Assembly: GCA_021800275.1 (NCBI GenBank)
Contig: JAJYZB010000001.1
Location: 392,624-456,623 of the forward strand
Direction of reading: 5' to 3'
From: a bacterium
GTDB lineage: Bacteria > Vulcanimicrobiota > JABDET01
Length of the DNA: 64,000 nt
Below the pieces are notes generated by a model that was given only the letters and a program-made list of their open reading frames with translations, did not search any database and had not been told where the DNA came from. This document shows positions 58,035 to 64,000 of this stretch, one piece after another. The translations under genes were made by a program, and so were the position numbers. Positions within the stretch are counted from its first letter, which is position 1. The number at the start of each line of letters is the position of its first letter.

Positions 58035-58155
58035 TTGATTCCTCCTTCGAAAATCCAAAAATTGAAGCGCAAAGTTAAAACGCGCTTTTTTTAATTTTCT
58101 ATGTTGTTTCTATTTGCAGAAAATAACTCCTCTATTTAAACCGAGGGATAAACTT

Positions 58156-59613
58156 TCACAGAGGATAATCCACTTTAGCAATCGTTCTGACTATCCGATC
58201 CACATATCCATCAGCATTGTATTCAGACATATGAAAGTGATTAAAAATGATCGAAAAAACAACGGTTTGTCCATAAGATGTAACCACATACCCGGTCAAA
58301 GAGCTGACCTGTCGAATTGCCCCATCTTTTGCCTGGACGTTAACACCTTTTAAGCGCCCTTCTAATGTCCCTTCATTCCCATGATTCAAGGCGCTTCTAA
58401 AAAGAGAACCAACAGGGGAAAAAGCCATTTTCTGCATGACTTCAACCAGAGTATGCGGAGAAACCCGATCTAAACTAGACAATCCTGAACCATCATCCAT
58501 GACCAGCCCATTGTGGGGAATTCCATAATCATTCAAAAATTTGATGACAGCTGCTGCTCCCGATTGTATCGTGCCTTTTCCATAAGCCGCAGCGCCAATC
58601 ACCCGGAAAATATGTTCCGCCAAAAAATTAACGCTCCATTTCAGCAAATGTCGAATAATAACAATTAATCTCAGGGAATAAAACCTCGCGAGAACCCTCA
58701 GCCTCTTTTCACCTTGAATTTCCACAGGTGAAGCTTCTTTAACTCTCCCAACAATACGAATCCCATATTTTCTTAAAACGTTTTTAAAAACCGCTCCGAC
58801 AAATAAAGGAGGATCCTGAACATTAAAAGGAAACGTAATCCCATTACTGTAACGATAAATATGTCCATAAACAAAAAGCCTATTCCCAATTTTATGTCTA
58901 TTGATGGATAGTGTGGTTCCATAGTCCGAAGTCCAGGCATGGTTTAACACATGAAGACAATGGCAGGGCGGCCATAGGACAACTCGAGTTGGAGCCCCTC
59001 CATAGCTCTCTGGAAGGACCGTCACCTGAACACGATTATTGTTCAATGAAAGGGCGGAAATTTCTTCAGCATAACTTTTCCAACGATAGCGATACTTCCA
59101 TCCGATCCCTGTGAACTGATGGCTGAAAAGAGAATCATCTACTAATAAATCCCCATCCACTTCTCTGATCCCTTGGCTTCTCAGCTGTTTCGCCATGCGT
59201 TTTAATGGAACCAATGCCGATGGGAAAAAGTGAGAATTCCAGGTCGGATCCCCTCCTCCTCTAAGAATTAAATTACTCTGCAAAATCCCATTTCTAATTT
59301 TTCCCCCTAAAACCCGAGTCACAAAACGATAATTAGGTCCTAATCTTACTAGAGCAGCACTTGTGGTCAATATTTTTAGATTTGACGCAGGGGCTAAGGG
59401 TTCATCAGCATGATATAAAAAAAGAGTTTTATGCGTTCCTAAAAGTTGAACATCAATCCCAATTTTTACTCCTCGCAGGGCAGGGTTTTCTACTATGGAA
59501 GTCAGTTGACTCTTTAACGAGCTGGCATGAGCAGAAAAAAAGCAAGAAAAAAGGAACGTCAAAATAGCAAAAAACTTTAGGTTTCTCCCTAACCTATATT
59601 CACCCCAAAACAT
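58156..59613 (-). CDS. dacB: D-alanyl-D-alanine carboxypeptidase/endopeptidase, PBP4 (S13) family
   Basis: Signal peptide. ASNLKILTTSAAL is SxxK. Overall PBP4 domain order. Confidence 0.75.
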   Translation of the reverse strand: MFWGEYRLGRNLKFFAILTFLFSCFFSAHASSLKSQLTSIVENPALRGVKIGIDVQLLGTHKTLFLYHADEPLAPASNLKILTTSAALVRLGPNYRFVTRVLGGKIRNGILQSNLILRGGGDPTWNSHFFPSALVPLKRMAKQLRSQGIREVDGDLLVDDSLFSHQFTGIGWKYRYRWKSYAEEISALSLNNNRVQVTVLPESYGGAPTRVVLWPPCHCLHVLNHAWTSDYGTTLSINRHKIGNRLFVYGHIYRYSNGITFPFNVQDPPLFVGAVFKNVLRKYGIRIVGRVKEASPVEIQGEKRLRVLARFYSLRLIVIIRHLLKWSVNFLAEHIFRVIGAAAYGKGTIQSGAAAVIKFLNDYGIPHNGLVMDDGSGLSSLDRVSPHTLVEVMQKMAFSPVGSLFRSALNHGNEGTLEGRLKGVNVQAKDGAIRQVSSLTGYVVTSYGQTVVFSIIFNHFHMSEYNADGYVDRIVRTIAKVDYPL

Positions 59614-59639
59614 CTCTGAATAATTTATTTCACGAATAT

Positions 59640-61148
59640 TTAAAAAGTCCTTTTTCTAAGTTCAATTCGGATATCAAACAAACGATTCCATGGAAAAGCC
59701 ACTTTTTCAACACTCATTTTACATGAGAAATCTTTCAAATACTGTTCAGATAAATCTCTCAGTTTTTGAGCCACATCATTTTCACACCTCAATTTAAGAT
59801 CAAGAGGAAGATTCATTGTAGAACGTTTTTCGCTTCTCAATTTAAAGGTGAGTTCGGGACGAATTTCAGCTTGATAAAGCCAGTCTTCCAGAAGTCTCAA
59901 ATACATAAACTCGAGGTGAGCTTCTTCAGAATCTCCTATTAACTCTCCCCCTCTTTCATTTTCAAATAAACTTTTTACACTGGTACGCCTTAGAAAAAAC
60001 CATCTCAGGATCGCATGAGAAAGCACGATGCCTAAAGCATTAGCAGAAGTGTTCCATGCTGAAAAAGAGAGAAGCTTTGAAAAATCAATCTCTTGAGATA
60101 AATATCGCATGAACAATTTATCAGAACCATTCGCATATCTCAAATCAGCCAGAGCGCAGGGAATACCTTCCGCAAGATGAAATTTTAACTGGTGAATCCA
60201 TTCATCACTGTACTTCAGAGCAGGATTCAAAGGAACATCTATTTGGTTTTCCTGAGGCACATGAACAAAAAGAAAAAAATCGGCATTTTTAGATTCATTT
60301 TCTAGAATCGCCCCTATAGCTTTTAACTGAAGACTCACCAGTTCAGTCAGCTTACAGTCTTCGTATTTAAGTCTAAACTGGTCTGGATCAGAACTATCAT
60401 AAACTGGGAAAACTCTTGGAATAATTCGTTCTTTTTCAAGAACCGCTCTAACTAATAGCAGAAGCCCTGTTTCATCGGTTCCAGGGAAAATCTGGGTTCG
60501 GTCCTGAAGTTTCTCGTGAAGAATTCGGTCTTCAAGAATTTTTTTCTCTTTCTGATTTAATCCTTCTTCTGTTAAATCATCCAATGGAATCGCCAAAAAT
60601 ACATTCCTGTTTTCTGCAACTAATGTGATCGCCCTTTGATTAACAGCATGATTTCTCTTTCTTGCAGACAAGTATTGATTCCACAAGTCTTCAGGCGCTG
60701 TACTGATCACCTCTGAGAATTTCTCAACAGGAGAGCTGTTTAGATCAACCACTTCGTTCTCCCATTTAAAACGGCGGGAACGCTCAATAGAAGCTTCTTT
60801 GATTTTGTCAGCCAAAAGAGCTTCTTCTTCCGAAAAAGCTGATGGCGCCTGCCTCATTAAAATAGAATAGGCATAAACTGGAATTGGATGGGCATCAAGA
60901 ATAATCTTCAGTTGATCCAATTTCTCAAAGGCTGCCTCAAAAGACTGTTCAAAGATTCGAGACTCCACCAAACCGCCGTAAATCCAACGATCCAAAGCTA
61001 AAACCGCTGCATCCACGTGAGAAAAAGATGTCTCCACCAGGGCTAAACTCTTCAAAATTTCGATTTCTATCCCAGAAATTCTACCTAAATATTCAATATA
61101 ATCTACTGAAGATGGGCGATCATCCAGAGGCAAAAAAGCAATTTTCAT
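59640..61148 (-). CDS. Hypothetical protein (possibly DUF4127 family)
   Basis: 502 aa ORF starting MKIAFLPLDDRP. No catalytic motif recognised. Confidence 0.45.
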   Translation of the reverse strand: MKIAFLPLDDRPSSVDYIEYLGRISGIEIEILKSLALVETSFSHVDAAVLALDRWIYGGLVESRIFEQSFEAAFEKLDQLKIILDAHPIPVYAYSILMRQAPSAFSEEEALLADKIKEASIERSRRFKWENEVVDLNSSPVEKFSEVISTAPEDLWNQYLSARKRNHAVNQRAITLVAENRNVFLAIPLDDLTEEGLNQKEKKILEDRILHEKLQDRTQIFPGTDETGLLLLVRAVLEKERIIPRVFPVYDSSDPDQFRLKYEDCKLTELVSLQLKAIGAILENESKNADFFLFVHVPQENQIDVPLNPALKYSDEWIHQLKFHLAEGIPCALADLRYANGSDKLFMRYLSQEIDFSKLLSFSAWNTSANALGIVLSHAILRWFFLRRTSVKSLFENERGGELIGDSEEAHLEFMYLRLLEDWLYQAEIRPELTFKLRSEKRSTMNLPLDLKLRCENDVAQKLRDLSEQYLKDFSCKMSVEKVAFPWNRLFDIRIELRKRTF

Positions 61149-61391
61149 GGAATTGAAAAAATCACGTGTATTTGCTCACATTCGTTTTCCATCATTAGAC
61201 AGCAGAAAATAATCATGATCATTAAAAAGATTGTGTTCTTCTAGTTTTCGTCGAGCAAAGGGCATGGTTTAGTTTTCCTCTGCCACGCTTTTCTTTAGTA
61301 CTATGCTCTACTCCTTCACCACAGCAAGTCCATGATTTGTCCCAAAATAGACGGATTTGTCATACACGATCGGTCGGGAAGTAATCCTGCA

Positions 61392-61717
61392 TCAGAATGG
61401 CAGAGAATAATTCAGCAGGATTCTTTCAGCTTTTAGTGAGACCATTCTCAATTCTCTACTGTCAATCCCATGGGGAACAAGATAAAGAGTATCCGCAGTT
61501 CTAAACTTCCAAATTTCTTTTCCTGTTTTATGATCCACTGCATAAAAAAAACCGTTACTGCACCCGAAGAAAAACATTCCATTCCAAAATGCTGGGTAGA
61601 GACTACTTTCCTGCTGGTCTTAAAAAACAGTTTAAACAAAGGTTTTGGAGCCGTAAACCCTAAGAAATAATGGCTCAGGAATAAAAGCAGAAACAACTTC
61701 AGTCTTATTATTCGCAT
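61392..61717 (-). pseudogene. Frameshifted, truncated remnant of a secreted PQQ/BamB-like beta-propeller protein
   Basis: The ORF at 61448-61717 has a signal peptide, MRIIRLKLFLLLFLSHYFLGFTAP. The overlapping ORF at 61392-61577 in another frame reads GFFYAVDHKTGKEIWKFRTAD, a PQQ-repeat motif. The two are linked by a frameshift near 61560. No propeller follows; 61150-61390 is non-coding. Confidence 0.25.
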
Positions 61718-62340
61718 GGCTCAGGATAAAAGAAAAAAGTCTCCTCTGTGTCCAGTTTTTTCTTCAAAAGCAGAAGAATTTCTTGAATATAAATTTTTTC
61801 AGGCAGGCTTAATGGATTCTGCTTTTGGAGATATAAAGTGTAATAATAAATCGCTTCTTTTCGCGCAGCATTAGAATCCTTTTTGTACCGACTCCGTAGA
61901 AAATTAACATTTACCCCTCTTTCACCAGAAAAAAACTTCTCCCTCGGGAGATCCCACCAGGTCTCATAAGCCCTGGCAAGGTCCAGCACAATACGAAGAG
62001 AAAACTCTGAATGGGGATGCTCTTGTAAAAATTTTTTTCCGATAAGAATGACGGTGAGAAATTTGGAAACAGAATACCCTCTGCAGGTACTCCTTTCATT
62101 CCAGCCGCGGCGGATCATCTCAACCAATGCCAGTTTTCCCCAATACGAATTTTGATCATGCAGAGCCAGTTCCTCAAGGAGGTTAGCCCTATAAACATTT
62201 CCGGCATAATGGTCCCCGTCCAGAATGACCCCATTTTCTCTAGTCCATGTTAAATTTGAAGGAAGAGGACAGAACTCACCTTTAGTCAACCAACTGATCC
62301 AGAACAAAAGATAAGGGTACTGCTTCGAATTTCGATTCAC
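61708..62340 (-). CDS. Hypothetical protein
   Basis: 210 aa ORF. No recognised motifs. Confidence 0.35.
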   Translation of the reverse strand: MNRNSKQYPYLLFWISWLTKGEFCPLPSNLTWTRENGVILDGDHYAGNVYRANLLEELALHDQNSYWGKLALVEMIRRGWNERSTCRGYSVSKFLTVILIGKKFLQEHPHSEFSLRIVLDLARAYETWWDLPREKFFSGERGVNVNFLRSRYKKDSNAARKEAIYYYTLYLQKQNPLSLPEKIYIQEILLLLKKKLDTEETFFFYPEPCE

Positions 62341-62388
62341 AACATGAAGCTTTTTAAGCGCATCCCCAAGTTCTAAATCAAAAATTTT

Positions 62389-62925
62389 TTAAAAAACTTT
62401 AGGCGCGCCTGCTTTTTTCATTTTTGCCTTTTCTATCTTCATCACTGCTCTTCTGCAGTGGTGGAAACCTGCTTGTAAACAAGCTTTGCAGGCAAGCTTA
62501 TTTTCTTTCAGTTTGTAAAGAGAATAGGTTTGGGAAAGATTTTCTTTCTTCTGCGCCTTATCCAGGAAAATCTGTGGGTAGGTCTCCATCTTAAAGTTTA
62601 TTTTTCCCTCCATTTTACCGCCGGAATTCACATAACAGTCCCACAGTAAAGAATACCTTCTAGGCTTATTCCAAAGATAAGCCGCAAATGAATTTCTAAT
62701 GTCAGAATCCCAGAGTCTTCTGTGTCTGCTTTTCATCAATTTTGGCTTTCCCAGCAGGAGAGCAAATTTACTCATTAAACTTTTCAAAAGATTGTTTTTA
62801 TAAGGATAAACTTCAATCTGATTAATTTTTACCTTTTGAAGAGTTACTGCTTGTCTAATAGGATCGGGGTAAAAAAATAACTCGCTTCCCAATACCTGCT
62901 CCTCATCTGACACCTGAACTCCCAC
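62389..62925 (-). CDS. Hypothetical protein (Cys/His-containing C-terminus CKACLQAGFHHC)
   Basis: 178 aa ORF, 48 bp upstream of the next ORF on the same strand. Confidence 0.35.
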   Translation of the reverse strand: MGVQVSDEEQVLGSELFFYPDPIRQAVTLQKVKINQIEVYPYKNNLLKSLMSKFALLLGKPKLMKSRHRRLWDSDIRNSFAAYLWNKPRRYSLLWDCYVNSGGKMEGKINFKMETYPQIFLDKAQKKENLSQTYSLYKLKENKLACKACLQAGFHHCRRAVMKIEKAKMKKAGAPKVF

Positions 62926-63321
62926 AAAGAGGAGTGAAAATAAATCACATCTTTATGATCACTGCATCTGGCTTGATGCGTTTTATTCCAGACGCTGAAC
63001 TTTTCCCCCATCTACGCGTTGTTAAACAATTGGAAAAATACCTGCTGTATATTCCCATAATTTGAAGCGGCCGCAGATCGGAAAATTAAAAAAATAAGGA
63101 CAGCAGTAAAAGTTGAAGTCATTCTTAGACGCTGCATGACAGAAGTCTTCTCAAGAGAGAAAGGATTTTCCTTGGATCTAATTCTCTCTACCTTAAATCG
63201 ATCATGCGTGTCTATAAAGCCATTCGAAAACTCACCAAAATTCCAGGACCCTTTGCTAGACCAATAAAATTGAAAAATATTGGAAGGGAGGGCAGCGGAT
63301 AATTCAGTGAGAACCAGTCAG

Positions 63322-64000
63322 TTAAGGGAAACTGGTGACCCCTAGTTTGTACAGGATAAACTCAGCATTGGGTTTAAGGAGGTAGTAAGCATTGTCAGTC
63401 ACATGTTTGCCGCTGATCTGCGCATTTCCTGTGTTTGCACCCTGCCCCTGTCCTGTCTGTCCTAGATGCTGTGCTTCCAAATCCAGGATAAATGATTTCA
63501 GGAGATTGATGGCCACTTGAGTCTGCCCTTCTTTCAATTTTTTCTCTGCTTCTTTTAACTTCGCATCCAGGGAGTTAGCCACCCCAGCATTGGTAATCCA
63601 GCCGAGCTTGTATGCTTGTTCTTTTAAGTTGATTAAACGAGTTAAAAGCTGCAGTGGAGTTAACTTTTGAGGTAAAATGTCAGGACCTGGAACTTTGAGA
63701 ATAACGTTCATTTGAGGAGAATATCCTTGATCTGGGCATTTTGCTGTTAAAGCAGGATTTACATCTGGAACAGAAGGTGGAAGCGGTACATATCCCTGCG
63801 TCCAACTGCGAACAATGCCTGGAAGACCCTTTGATAAAAAAGTTAAACCTTTAATAGAATCACCGGGTAAAAGAAAATTTCTAGAATTAACTGCAGCAAA
63901 TCCTACAGCATTGGCGGGAGCCATTTTTGTCGGACCACCTTCAAATATGCCGGTGGCAGTGAAACTATAATTCCAAATAGATGGGGCTGATACCCTGTAT
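63322..64000 (-). CDS. Hypothetical protein, N-terminus beyond window end
   Basis: The reading frame stays open upstream of the M at 63924 to the window edge (..TGVSAPSIWNYSFTATGIFEGGPTKMAPANAVG..). Confidence 0.35.
   Translation of the reverse strand, partial: YRVSAPSIWNYSFTATGIFEGGPTKMAPANAVGFAAVNSRNFLLPGDSIKGLTFLSKGLPGIVRSWTQGYVPLPPSVPDVNPALTAKCPDQGYSPQMNVILKVPGPDILPQKLTPLQLLTRLINLKEQAYKLGWITNAGVANSLDAKLKEAEKKLKEGQTQVAINLLKSFILDLEAQHLGQTGQGQGANTGNAQISGKHVTDNAYYLLKPNAEFILYKLGVTSFP

Noticed and set aside
62402-63074. Two 8-bp all-GC rare-cutter sites (AscI GGCGCGCC at 62402-62409; NotI GCGGCCGC at 63067-63074) within 700 bp in a roughly 40% GC genome
   Set aside because: This is statistically unusual, but there are no vector-like sequences, linkers or other engineered hallmarks nearby. 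It is most likely chance, and is recorded only as a curiosity.
1-64000. CRISPR arrays, rRNA genes, IS elements, transposases, integrases
   Set aside because: No regularly spaced direct repeats, no rRNA-like conserved stretches and no transposase or integrase motifs (DDE, tyrosine recombinase R..H..Y) were seen in any ORF.

Overview
This is a 64 kb window of a low-GC (roughly 40%), Lys-rich bacterial chromosome. It is gene-dense on both strands and has many translationally coupled operons. The TPR-rich Ser/Thr kinase, the pseudopilin-like 'IPNFIRAR' protein and the SpoIID/LytB protein suggest a PVC-superphylum-like organism; this is an inference, not verified.

Most of the window is core housekeeping and envelope genes:
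- Ffh (partial), DusB-like, AsnRS, TyrRS, PriA, Rel/SpoT and four tRNAs: Gly-UCC, Lys-UUU, Trp-CCA and Gly-CCC.
- A fatty-acid beta-oxidation block: 3-hydroxyacyl-CoA dehydrogenase, two tandem acyl-CoA dehydrogenases and EtfBA.
- A nucleoside-phosphorylase / methionine-salvage block.
- Envelope genes: PBP4, SpoIID, PspA, a CDF transporter and cytochrome c.

The most interesting loci are:
- A tightly coupled two-gene cassette at 46898-48798: an ABC/SMC-like ATPase followed by a small TOPRIM-like, DUF4276-type protein. It has the split-OLD / PARIS-like architecture of anti-phage defence systems.
- An unusual four-gene operon at 28485-35805: AAA-ATPase, Rel/SpoT, DUF58 and a transglutaminase-like membrane protein.
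- A degenerate HD-GYP domain fused to a SARP-type DNA-binding output, sitting in front of a MeaB / B12-domain / CoA-transferase operon that has no mutase large subunit in the window.
- A hicB antitoxin with an internally deleted hicA toxin remnant abutting the 3' end of tRNA-Lys.
- An ECF sigma / anti-sigma / CpxP-like module.
- An orphan Dam-type methyltransferase next to a zinc-ribbon pseudopilin-like protein.
- Several gene remnants: a COX2-like fragment and a PQQ-propeller fragment.

No CRISPR array, rRNA, transposase or integrase was found.
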